From NCBI GenBank assembly GCA_013265495.1, contig MU058781.1:2582158-2646157 (forward strand): a stretch of DNA of 64,000 nt. The letters are read 5' to 3'. Position numbers and translations under genes: made by a program. The stretch comes from Vicugna vicugna. Its lineage: Eukaryota. The notes beneath the pieces were generated by a model, which saw only the letters and a program-made list of their open reading frames with translations, was not told where the DNA came from and did not search any database. Of this stretch, positions 28,251 to 41,049 are shown piece by piece. Numbering within the stretch: position 1 is the first letter of the stretch; each line of letters begins with the position of its first letter.

Positions 28251-28810
28251 GGCCAGGTACTGGGGGGTTGGGATGCTGGGTTTTTTTGGTTTTTTTTTTT
28301 TACATAACACTTAAAAGGTTTCTTTGAAAACCCTCCTTTCCTTAAAGCACATTTTTCTGACAAACTCATGACTCATCTTTGTGCAATCATGAACTTTTGA
28401 CCAATAATTGTCGTTTTGTGTCAGCTCCAGCCATTTTTGTACATGTTGTATAGACAATTGTGCCTTTTAGGAGTTTTATGTTTAGGAACTGTACAGATTG
28501 TTGAATATCTATATACATAAAATATATATTATATATGTACATGAAAACCAGGTAGTTATTTGTGTTTAGCAAGAGAAACCTGTCAAATAAATCAAATGAT
28601 TAAATTATATGTTGCACTGTTAAATATGAATTTTTATGGCTGTGGGGCAGTTTGTGTGTAAATTAGTATGTAAACTCCATATTTATTGTATTCATATTAG
28701 TCTTTGAAAATGGGTCTGTCCTTCTTGTGTAAGACAGTAACTTTACACTTCAGACAGATTTTCCGTGTTATGAAATGTTTCAGTAAAACATTGTTTACTG
28801 ACTTTACCAG
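28250..28810 (+). other. HIVEP1: HIVEP1 3' UTR (end approximate)
   Basis: Abrupt switch to AU-rich, repeat-free sequence after the stop codon, with several TGTA motifs and polyA hexamers. The cleavage site cannot be read from the sequence. Confidence 0.75.
28586..28787 (+). terminator. Candidate polyadenylation signals: AATAAA 28586-28591, ATTAAA 28599-28604, AGTAAA 28782-28787
   Basis: The hexamers are seen directly within the 3' UTR. Which one is used is unknown. Confidence 0.55.
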
Positions 28811-29775
28811 TGCTTTAGCCGTGCCTTCTTTACATCATGTAGTGACCAGCAACCTGCATTCAGAAAATAGCCCTAGGTTAACATTCCTTTCATGCTCACC
28901 CTCCTCCCCCATTTAGCCAGGAGACCAATTTTTCCATTTGCGAGGAATAATTCTGTAGCTGTTAAATTATTGTAAGAATCAGTACTTAAGAACACTCCGC
29001 AAGTACACACAGAATACAGCTGGAAACGGGCAAAGTTCCTAAATGTGGGTACCATGACTCTATGTTAACGAAACAACGGTCCTGAGCTTGGCTCAGGTGA
29101 GGCCCATGAAACCCGCCCTTAGGCTCCAAACTGGGTCTGTGCACGAGTCACAAGCTCGCTCTGCCCTTGTCCCACCCGGAGAGCCCTGTCCAGTTCCAAA
29201 CCATAGACAGTCCACGATCCACAGAAGAACCAAGTTCAGACTTCCAATTACTTAAGGTGACTCTTGAGAAACACTGTCCTGAGAGGCTTAAATTTACTCA
29301 CTCAGAAAAACGGGGAGGGAACCCGCAATTACCACTGCAGTGATGTGCATTATTATCTGAGTATTATAGATGCTAGATTTGTAGAAAAAATGTTTTACTG
29401 TTGGAATTTGAATATTTAGCACATTATTAAGGCAACGTGTTCATGTTCCTAAAGGCCTCCTTCAGGAAGATTTCAGCGGTGTGAAGTTGCTGAGATAACA
29501 GTGGGCTGGGGAAGATATCCTAAGGAATCTGGAGGCTTGCTGATAGCCAGCCCCTGCTTCAAATCTGGGACTTTGGGAAAAGTACTTGTCACCTCAGCCC
29601 ATGTGCTCCAGTCTGGGGCTAAAACGTGCCCCAGCCCTCACAGGCTCTGATGGTCAATGATGCCTTTGATGCATGCTGCAATCTGCACGTACACCTTCCC
29701 ACAGATTAAGTAACAAAATTCTCAAAAACAATAAAACTACATTTTATATTCTAAGATGTATTTTAAAACAATTCT

Positions 29776-29915
29776 GGGGCACGGAGGATATAGCTTAAGT
29801 GGTGGAATGCATATTTAGCATGCACAGGGTGCTGGGTTCAATCCGCAGTACCTCCTCTAAAAATAAATAAATAAATACACCTAATTTACCCCGCCCCCAA
29901 CAAAAAGTTTAAAGA
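29776..29915 (+). mobile_element. tRNA-derived SINE (Vic-1-like) with target-site duplication
   Basis: tRNA-like head with gggttcaatcc B box and an A-rich tail. TSD aaaacaattctgg (29765-29777) / aaaagaattctgg (29916-29928) at a TTTT/AAAA L1-endonuclease-type site. Confidence 0.9.
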
Positions 29916-32900
29916 AAAAGAATTCTGGAAACTTCTATCATAGGAATTGCATTGCTCTAACAATGTAATTATTGAAAATGAGGTCCATTATCTGTCAGAT
30001 TTCTCAAAGTAAGTTTTAATGTTGCATCACACCTTTTTATAATTTTAAGGCCCCAAATTTTAAAGCAGTGTAATAAACACATCCTTGTTTCCTAATCACA
30101 TTTTAGGTAGATATGACGTACCTAAATTCAAAAGTAATGCTAAGATTTTGGGCACTGAGGGTTTTTTTAGTTTATATAGACAGAATTTTCTTAATTTGAA
30201 GAATTCCTCCATTTAACCTACTACATACTAAATGTGATGTATTTGGTTACTCCCTTGACAATTTCATAATGCTGTAATATAACCGTAGGCTTATTTTATA
30301 CTCTTGACTTTTTAAGATTCATTACATAGTACACATATCTTTAGTATTACTAACTATAGTGCTTTCATGTGACTTTCAAATATTTTGCTAGCATTTGAAA
30401 TATGCAGCTAAATCAGAAACATCAAAGTTTGTGCCATTATATTTTAAAGTAGTCACATGAACAAAATATAAGGGAGTAATTTTCAACTGTTTCTCCAAAG
30501 TTGACTTTTCCCAAGGAGCAAGTCATTCTCAAATATGACTTAACAAATTACTTACAAGTAAGCCAGAGAGCTGGGAGACTACATTTGACTTTTGTAGTAC
30601 TGTCATGAAAGACCCAGGTCAGTACAGAACTAGAATTCAAGGACATAGCAAATCTCTTTTAAGTTATTGTCAAAACAGGTGAAAAACATGTGAAACAACT
30701 TTAGTATCTTCTTGTATGAATCCACTGCAATGACACCATCTGAAGTGTGGGAAATTTCAGAAGAACCAAAGGTCTTTTTTCTAGTTTTCAAAGCTTAGTA
30801 CATCTGTTTTATGAATATTTGTTATAAATTAACATAATTCAATGGCACTAAAGTAACTTATTTTCATTCCCTAAACTTTAAGCTACAATGATAATTATTT
30901 CAGAGATTTGATCAACTGGTAATATTTAATATAGATTTTCTTTCTTTTTTAAAAATAATACAGCCATGATTTTCCTTTCACAGAAACAGTATAAACAACA
31001 CTTTTCTTAATGATCTCTGACCTGAATTTTAAATAGTGGCGCTAAATAAGGATCAGGGACGATTATTTTTTGTTGGAAGATGGTCAAGGTAGGTAACATT
31101 TCTTTCCTGACGCATGCTAAAGGCAAAATATATGCTCTTTTCTGTTTTTAATGTTACATTTTGGGATGAAGTTTGAGATGAAGTCGAGATCATTCTGAGA
31201 TCAAGCACCACCTAAAAGGTAACTTTCATTGGAGTAATCTTGTTTCAAAACCATCTATAAATTCTAAACACAGGATATCAAATCTCCCTAAGACTGACTT
31301 CCCATGACTTTGGAGAATTTTCTATTTAATATTGAATGAAGGTTATTGTGTAACATCTGTAACAAATATTTTAATGACAGTAACTTCCTGCTGTCATAAC
31401 CAAAAAAAAAAATTTAAAGGATAGTGCAATATTTTTCTCTACAAATTGTAAAATCTGAAACTTCATGAGACTCTTAGAAATATCTAGAACCTTGCACACT
31501 CAAGGTACAGTGCAAGGCACTGTAGGCATAAGAATTAAAGCAGAGACACCTGCTCTTAAGTGTTCCCTGTCCTCTGAATCATGGGTAGGCTTGGCAAAGA
31601 TGCTCAGGCACCCAAAACGCAACCAATTCCAATACTATGCAAGATACAGACAGAGTAAGAAGGCACACTTCCTATCCTGAAGGAGCAGGCCTGCTTAAGA
31701 GTTAGGCCACAGAGACTCAAATGAGCCCGCACACATCTTAGAAACCACAGACTATGAACATTTTGAAAGGCAGGAAAGTTATTGCCTTAATAATTAAAGA
31801 ATGATTTATGTATGTTGGGGATTGCTAGATTTTTTAAGGAGATACAGGATTGGGACTTAAGAACAGAGATGATGCTAAGCAGTAGAACAAAAATAGAGTA
31901 ATGAAGGTGGAAGTGAACATGTTATTTAAAATTCTGCAGGGAACAGTAAGTGGAAGAGAGAGGTTTCACTGAGATTTTCAACAAATGAGGATCAGCATCC
32001 AAGACTGGACTAACTGGAGAGATGATATGAACAGATGCTCTGGCACTTGCATTGAAAAAAACTTTTAAAAGGTAGCAGTTTCATGTATACGAAGTTCAGA
32101 ACATGCCATCCTCATCCCTTCACAAAAGATTTTAGCAATACAGTATTTAAACCCAGATAACAGATATCCACACTCTATACCCTTATGAACAGAGCATCAT
32201 GGGAGTATTCTTCCTAACTGGGATTTCTGGACTCGAAGCGTGAACAAGACAAAGGAGTCTATTTCGAGGCCACTTGGCTCCGGAGGCAGGACAACCTGGA
32301 TGGTTCATCATAATAGCTAAGAAGGCACTTAAGGAGAGTCACAGCAGCAGAAATGTAAAGAATAATTGTAATACATAATAATAGTTGTCTTTTCATCCAG
32401 TAATGGAGAGAGTTTGGGGATTATCAAAAGAGAAATCAGACTATTAGAGAAATTTCAGGTTTCCATTGATTTTTGTGTAAAACCAGAATTAAACTCACAG
32501 CAAGCAGCCAGTGGGCATTCACGGCTCACAAACTAAAACTCATATTGGTATACTGATCAGGCATCAATATTAGGAACATATTTATCTTTAAGGGAGACTG
32601 CAAGATTAAAAATGCTGGTATTCACACCAATCCTTTAAACCATGTCGGGATCAGCCGGGGGAGGGAACGTTTACCTGGTCTTCCCTCCACTGCATTCGGA
32701 AGCGAGTTCTGAAAGAGCACCGCTTCCCAGGGCTTGGCTGCTGGGGGCCTGATCTGCTCCACCAAAACACTGAGGCAGTGGCCCACCCACATTCTAGTAT
32801 CAGGGAGAAGGACCAAGGGCTGTTTTTCTTAAAGTCATGAATCAAGTTTGGCTTATTTTGTAGTTTGGGCCTTTTCTAAATTAAAAAGTCCCCATGACAA

Positions 32901-32992
32901 ATAACAAAAGTATTTCTCATTGCCCTGCTTTGGTTGTCTGAGAAGTTAGGGCTCTCACATTCTAATGGGTTACATTAGAAATTAAGGGTTTA

Positions 32993-33120
32993 GGAGTGAT
33001 GGTACAGCTCAGTGGCACAGCACATGCCTGGTGAGCATGAGGTCCTGGGTTCAATGCTCAGTGCCTCCATTACTGAGGTGGGGGCAAGATAAAATAAAAA
33101 ATAAAAGCTTTTAAAAAAAG
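32993..33120 (+). mobile_element. tRNA-derived SINE (Vic-1-like), more diverged copy
   Basis: ggtacagctcagtgg...gaggtcctgggttcaatgctcagtgcctcca followed by an A-rich tail. Confidence 0.8.
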
Positions 33121-36100
33121 AATTTATTTCAGGACTCTGAAGAACTATTCTTCTAAGGCACTCAATTGTGGTAGGGATGGGGAAATGATGGAAGAACGGA
33201 AGGTTAAGGATCTAGAACATCTTAAATTTTATTTCCCCACCTCAGGCCATATACCTGAATTAGTTACATCTTTTCAGAATGAGATAATTATGAAACCTCA
33301 AATTAAAGGTGAAAATCTCTTGGCTTACAAGGAAATGATAAAGTAGTTTTCAAAATTAGGTAAATTGTCTCTAAAGGTATTCATTCATACAGATTTTAAA
33401 TTTTGAGATTAGACACAGTCATGCTCCATTGCTACCATGATAGTATCTGATGAATGAGTCACATTATATATAACGCAGTGTTTCTAATTTTAACAATTAT
33501 GCCAAATACCATATGATGCTATCCTCATTTATGGTTAAGAAAATGTCTCAGGGTTACAAAGCTAGTTAAGGAGTGGTGCTATGATTTAAAACTCGGTCTG
33601 TTTCTTTTCTATTATACCATGCTGCTTTCAGTAATGATTTACAGTAATTAGGTCGTATTGTATTCATTTCTAGGTGAAAGTCTACTTAGTATTCATAAAA
33701 CATCCCATTTAAATTTCTTACTGAAAAGAGTATGTCCAGTGCCAGGCATATTTGTATAGGTAATAGGTTTTGTAACCTTTTCCTACACCCTTTCTCATAA
33801 TTGATATAATAGGAGCCATAAAAATATTTGGTGAGAAAACATTTAATTTAAATAGCAGGAGATAAAATGGCAATGTAAAGTGACAATTCTAATCAAGCAT
33901 AAAACATGTAAATCTCCAAAGTGTATCAGGATCCAATTATTAACCATTATTCAGAAAAATGTCTTTGTTACACGTCTTACAAGGATAAAAGTTAGACTGG
34001 AAGGAGGAGAACTGAGTGTGGATTCACACCGTTTTGGATACAAACAAGGGCTGAGCACAGCACAGCAAAATGTTATCAAGTCTCTGAATTGGATCCTTTC
34101 AGAAAGATTTCCAAAAAGAAAGTAATTTTCCATTACTTCTGATAGAAAAGAAAATTATTTAAACATATTTCTCCTACAAGAGACATCAAGTTATATTATT
34201 TTTTCCAGTGTGCAGATTTAAAAATAATGTAAAGAAAGCAAAGATAAGAACTTAGAAGGAAATTAAGACACTTATAAATTCTTTTTATAAAAGCAGTAAG
34301 AGAAAAAAGAAATAATTGAACTTTTTAGCAAGAGATTCTATATCTCAAAATAAACCAACAGAGCTAACTATATAAAATGTAACTTTTTCCTTCTAGTCCT
34401 TAGTTTTGGTGTCACAATATGGAAGTGAATAATTAGATATGTTTTATGATGTTCATATATTTGTGGGTTTTAAAAAGATAAAAAGACCAACAGGCCATTT
34501 GTTATGCAGTTGGTTTTGCTTGAGACAAGACATCTTTCATTCATTCATTTTCAGTTCTGTGAAAGACTGTGTGTAGTTGTTTACCTATGAATGTTGCCGA
34601 ATGGGATGTACGGAAACGACATCGGGTGAAAGACAACAAGCGGCTTCACATTCCTGAAGGTCAGTCATGGAAAGAAAAGCCAGCTTTGAGATCAGCCAAT
34701 TAGCCAGGCATGCCTAGTTTTCTTTGCTAATAGCAAGGCTTATTTTTGCCCCGTAGGTCAAACGTTAAGACTGGGTTTGATTCAGCAGTTGTAGCCTCTG
34801 ATACATTTGAAGTTAGTTATTTTGGAACATCTTTGTACATCATACAGTAAGACATTTTCTCTTACTTTGACACTCATATTCCCTAAAAGTAGTTCTCTAG
34901 AAGTAGTTTAGGATTTCATGCAGAGTGTCTGCTTATTTATAACCAACCATGTACAATCATAATTACTGACTGGAAGATCCAAGTCTTCATTATGAGTATG
35001 TTAATTATTCTAGTAAAATAACTTGCATCACTTCATTGTCTGCAAATGGGGCTCCAATCTTTTTAAGTCCTAATTTTGATAAGAAACTGAATTTCAAAAA
35101 CTCATCTATGAGGAGAAAAATAAGTTTTTAAAAGTTACTTTTTAAAAAATGAATTTCAGATCCAAATCATTAATGACTTTTTTGTTAATGGCCATGAAGT
35201 TAAATGACTGATAAAATATATTTTTCTCTGTCTCAGCCTCTGTTGCTAATAGTTGTGAAATGTTCAGTACTTGGTGCATCAATCCTCTTTGATGCTCAGG
35301 CAGCCCTGAATGCCTTCAGGTCAATGCTCGGAAGGGCCTTTAAATGGAGATAAAGATCAGAACTGACACAGGGCCCCTGGGGGCCTATCTTTCAGAAAAT
35401 GTTTTGTTTGTTTTGTTTTGTAGCTAAACAAATTCCTGTGAACTCTTTGTTGTCATTTTTTCTAAATCCTTCTTTAAAAAAAAAAAAAGAGGGATTTGGA
35501 AGACAAAACAGGTTCAGGAGTCACAACATTTAAAGTTTCTGCCATAGGGAGAGACATAAATTCCTTAGAATTTCAGCTGAACTAGAATAAATATTTCCTA
35601 ACAGTCTTTCATTATTGTCTCTTAGTGGCAACTTAAAGCTCTGTTGCTGTTGTTTTCATGTCACTATTTAAATAACTGTCTTTGCAGCAGGTAGAATACA
35701 TGCTGGATGTATCTGTAAATGATTTGTAAAGTAATGTAACTGATTTATAAATAAAACGATTTGTAAAACCTGCACATTTCACTGATTCAGTCCAAGGTTA
35801 GGGAACACTTATTTGTTGGCTGAAGTGTGACTGAATTTTGGTTCAGTCTCTGCTCAAGGCTTATTTTAGTGTTTGTAAGATTGTATCCCTACTGCTGTAA
35901 ATCATCTCACAAATCTATGACCACATGGGGTATAGACAAGAGAGAACAGATTTACAAGAAAACAATCTCAGATTCATAATCTACACGCTGCAACAAATTA
36001 TTATAGATAGTGCTGATGTTCTATAGTTTGTCAAATCAAAACAGAAGCTTAATTTTCTGTTCTTATTTTAAATATTACATATGGAAACAAGTAACAGTGC

Positions 36101-37239
36101 ATACTAAAACAATCTTAAAAACAGACTGCCCAAATTTAAATCGCAGGTCAACAACTTATCAGGTAATTGTCAGATTATTTATTTTCTATGCCTCAAGGTT
36201 CTCATTTGCCATTTATGGCAAAAGTACTCACCTCATAGGGTTTGGGAGACCATTAAAGCAGATAGTAGATAAAGCAGTAAAAATTCCTGGTGCATAAAAA
36301 TACGTGGATAAATGTTAGCTCTTATTTTGAATTTTTCAATGATTTTGAAGTTTTACAACAGGACAGATACTAAGTCATGCAACAAATACTTATAAAGCAC
36401 CTACCACATGCAAGACTATGGTCAGATCTTTATCTGTGACTATGTTGAGAACCACTGACACCCTTTTTTAAATGCTGTGCTATGTTTAAAATGTTTTCTA
36501 ACATTCTGCTTTGCAGGAAAACCAGACAAAGCAGAAGTACAATGAATAAACCAAACAGGGGATCTCTCTAACAGCTTACATGAACTTTTCTGTCTAAAGG
36601 TTTGAAAAAATAAAGTGACTCCTGTTCATCCCCAAGCAGAAGATGGGCTGTCAGCTGGCAAAAAAAAGTGTGCATGATATTTGCAGATGATGGAGCACCA
36701 TCTCAAAAGGAAGGTACGCATTTCCCAGCTGTCCTGTGGTTGCCTTATTCTTGCAGGAAGTGGGCACAGAGAGGAGTTTTCTTTGCAAAGGATCACCGCA
36801 GGACCCAGGCCCACCCAGACCTGCCCAGAGACCAGAGAAGGATGAAGATTACACCTCCCAGAGCTGTGAGAAGCCCTTCAGCAGAGTCAGGCTAGGGGCT
36901 CTAAGCATCTCCCGTTATTCTGGAATTGGGGCTGCTTTTTATTACCTGGCAACTTCAAGGTCACTCTCAAATGGACAGAAGGATATTCAAATCTGACTGT
37001 TAAGTAGGGACTGGAAACAGTTCATTAGTCCAAGAGTTATAGTCAGTAGTCAGTTCCAGGTAAATTTTTTTTTAAAGTCTTCGGTGTGTTTTTAAGAATC
37101 ATAGAATTTTAGATGCAAAAAGAAACCTTAAGCTAATTCCTTCAATCTCCTCATTTAATAGATGAGGAAAATAATGTCTAAAGAGGGAAATTATATCCTT
37201 TAAGGAAAATACAAAGTGGCATATTCACACTGACTCCCA

Positions 37240-37475
37240 CAAGGCTCTGGAGATAGTGCCTGAGATTATATTCCTCCTCTGCCTATGAGCTTTCTACACC
37301 TGAGGTCACTGAACATTGCTGTACTTCAACTTCCTGATCTGTAAAGTGGGCATAACACCACCAACCTCCGAAGTCAGTGTGAGGATTACATGAGATCTCA
37401 TGTAGTGTGTTTGGAACAGGCCTACCTAGTCTGCAATAAGCATTCAATCAAAGTTGCCTCTTATTATTGTTATTA
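37240..37475 (+). mobile_element. MIR SINE
   Basis: MIR core (cttcctgatctgtaaagtggg...gtgaggattacatgagat) and a ttattatt tail. Confidence 0.7.
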
Positions 37476-40400
37476 TTACACTCACTGGTATTATTTTGGG
37501 GAAACTAAAGTCAGAAGAAACCAGAAGACAGCAGACAATCAAACATCCCTTCGTGCTCTGAAACTTTACTCTAAACCTCTAATGAGCTAGCTGCACGGCG
37601 AGGAAAATTTTATGCTTAGGATTATTTGTTTTTGTTTTTGTGTATCTCCCAGATCAGTATTCAAAGTACTTGAAAAAACTGGATATATAAAAGTTATGCT
37701 TGTAATGTTAAACATTCAAAAGAATTTGATTATTTATAGTCAATGTTTGAAAGATTTTAATTTGGTAGGTTTGTGGGTTTTGTGACTTTAACTTGAAATG
37801 CTTACAGTAACATTTCAAGAAATATAAACAGGAAATTTATAAATTTATAACAAAAAATATAGGATACTATCTTTTTAAGACACTGAGAATAGTAAAGGGC
37901 TTTTAGGTAACAAAACCCCCAAAATCATGAAGGCTTATAAATTCAAGTTCATCAAAATGCAAAACTTTGGATCTACACAAAAACATTACAATGTTAAAAA
38001 GACAACTTTGAGAAAAGGGATCTGCCTTATATATCTAACAAAGGATTCTCACCCGAGCATGTATTTTAAATATTTTACAAATCAGTAAAAGTCAAATGAC
38101 CCAGCAGAAAAATGTTCACAAGGTAAGAATAAGAAATTCGAAGTAGAAAAAATAAAAATGGCCAACAAATACATTAAAAGTGTATACCTTCAATATGAAG
38201 AAGGAAAATGAAAATTAAAATGAGATTTTTTTTAACCTAGATAGACAAACATTACAAACCCAATCACATCTGGTATGGGCAGGGCTGTGGAGGAGGCAGT
38301 GTTTTGACAGAGCTTGCAGAGGTCTAAGCTAATGAAGCTACTGGGAAGGACAGTTTAGCAGAATTTACTAGAACTGAAAATGCAGTCTATGTCCCAGCAA
38401 ACACCACCTCTCCAAAACAACCCCATAACGAACACTTCCCAAGGAGACATGAACTAAAAAAACCAACTGTGTGATTTTTTTTAAGGGGGGTAATACTGAA
38501 AAACTATAAACAGCCCAAAAGTCCTTCAGTGAGGTAATGCCTGAACCATATTCCTTTCCTGCTTAATTGCCAGTGTCTCCAAAATTACTATAAATTTATA
38601 TTAAAAATACATAAAGGGACATGTACATAAAGTACAGACTGATGTGAAATAGTGTCAGGCTGACCATGGGCTCAAGTCTATCCTGGAAGCGTCCACAGAT
38701 TCCTTTCCTACTGGATTACCTCAGATCATCTCCGCAAAGTCAGACATTCACACGAGATTTGTATTCAAATACATGAACACATCCTTGTTTTCATTTGCAG
38801 CAAAGGTTTTTTTTAATTGTAAATGTTGCTTAACGCTAAACAGGCTTGAAATGACAGATCAAATAAGGTATAAACAACATATGACCTCACGAGAATATAC
38901 ATCTCCACATCGCCGTGAGGGCAGCTGGGTCAGATTCAAGGTAAGAGCCGATACTCCGAATGTGCAGGCTACTTTATAACTTTGATTGTATGTATGTTTA
39001 ACTTGGCCTGTGAACTTGATCCAAGATGTTATTGCAGAGAACTGAGGTAATCAGTTATGGAAAAGTATTTGGGGACTTCCAGTAGCTTCTTGAGCCAACA
39101 GCAATACACCCAAATGCCGAAGCACTGACTCCCTTGCTAAAGTCAATATATGAAAATGTGAGCATTATCCTGGATGCCACTGTGCTGATGTAAGTGGCTT
39201 CTATTTGTCAAGTGCAGATCTGGGTTTTCTCCTGCCATAAAACGAGAAAGCTAACATCTTGATTACGCACCTTAAAATCCACCCCCACCTTTTGATAATG
39301 ATAATGTATTTTGCAGTACAGGCAAGAGAGGCTACTTTTTTATCTGCCAAAACAGACTGAGATTATGATGAGCTAAGATATAGAAACTATGAAGTACTTT
39401 ATGTTTCTTCTCCCAAAACTTGATTCCCTAGACATCCAAATCCAGTAATTCCACAGTTCATTCACAGCTCCTAAGATCTGGAGATTAGACAGCCATATAC
39501 AGAGGCCAAAGCTCAAGCAACTCTCTGTGTTAACAAGAGGGAACAAAATATCACTCAAAAGGGGAAAGTGATGTAAGATGCTGCTTAAAGCAGATATTTA
39601 GAAATCTGTTGAAGGAACCTGTCATGTTGAGAGAAAACAATTCACACGTAGTATCAGTACCTCTTTTCTCTCTTTTGTTCTTTACATTGCCCCTTTTATT
39701 TAAAGAAAAGGAAAAATAAGAGCCAAGAAAAAAAAAAGGTATATGAAGAATCACACTCAGAAATGACTTCCTTATCCCGTTCCTCAGGGATGTGAAGCAG
39801 AAAGACAACAGCTTATTATACACTGATCATCTACTGTTCTTCTTCCAACAAGCAGCAAAAGTTCGGATCTTGTGTGTGAATTAATATGAAACCAGGTATT
39901 TGCATAGAGATGTCAAAGTTTTCACTTTAACTCAGGGCTGAAGGAAATGCCTATTTCTCGGGGGAGGATGGATGGCTTAGTGGATGGAGTCCTGGACCTG
40001 GGGCTGGAGCACATGGGTTCTCCCTGGACTCTACCATGTTTGTCTTGTGACTCACTATCTTTGGTCTTTCATTTCTTCCTTCTGAAAGTCATGCCTGCCA
40101 TCCCTGCCTCCAAAGAGTCTTGCGAGGAAGAGCCAAAGAAGAGATGTATTAGAATCACCCAGGAAAATAAACTGTTCAAGTAGATGTCCTCATTAATATC
40201 AGAATTTCCTTGTGATTAATAATGAGTGTGGCACTGTGCAAGTCCTTACTGCAAGCATGTGGTGTCAGCTCAGGTGGTGACTCTCCCAAGTGACTCAGAA
40301 AACGATGTGCATCTTAGCACAGAAGGAGACCTAATTTTTTTAAAGTGAAGATGCAAGAACAATGCCAGAGATCAAACTGCAGTCTAATAGTATCTATGGG

Positions 40401-40736
40401 GGAGACTGTCACAGGACATTTAAAAAGAGAAAATGTATGTAGTAAAAAGACAATGTACTTTCAAGTGGGACAGCTAAGAGAAATGTTTTGTTTTGTTTTT
40501 TGTTTTTGGAAAGTGTTAAGACAAAGGAAAGGTTGGGTGTGTACCAACTGTAGTTTTAATTATTTTGAAAAGCAAGAACACTTGAGAGCTGACGAATTCA
40601 TAAACATGGTACAACAAAGCTGTCCTTGGTACTGGTCTTAACATCATCTGCAGTACTCGTCACACAGGTAAATACTCAGAAGGCAACCTGAGACAGACAG
40701 AGACAGAGAAGGAAAGGCACATTTAAAGGGTATGAC

Positions 40737-41049
40737 TGACAAATGAACTTATTTACAAAACAGAAACAGACTCACAGACATAGAAAACAAAGGGGAGAAG
40801 CGAGTGGGAAGGGATAAACTGGGAGTTTGAGATTTGCAGATACTAACTACTATATATAAAATAAACAACAAGTACGTACTGTATAGCACAGGAAACTATA
40901 TTCAATGTCTTATAGTAACTTATGGTGAAAAAGAATATGAAAATGAATATATGTATGTTCATGTATAGCTGAAGCATTATGCTGTACACCAGAAATTGAC
41001 AACATTGTAAGCTGACTATATTTCAATAAAAATATATTAAATAAATAAA
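40737..41049 (+). mobile_element. 5'-truncated artiodactyl-type L1 3' end
   Basis: acaaatgaacttatttacaaaacagaaacagactcacagacatagaaaacaa...gggataaactgggagtttgagatt...actgtatagcacagg, followed by aataaa and an A-rich tail. Confidence 0.88.

Noticed and set aside
25111..28369. Several long antisense or alternative-frame ORFs over the last two HIVEP1 exons
   Set aside because: Expected from stop-codon scarcity in GC-rich coding sequence, and none is a recognisable protein.
39071..39080. NF-kB-type site GGGGACTTCC (also GGGGGATTCC at 63771-63780) as a HIVEP1 autoregulatory element
   Set aside because: Isolated degenerate 10-mers are expected by chance in 64 kb, and there is no supporting context.
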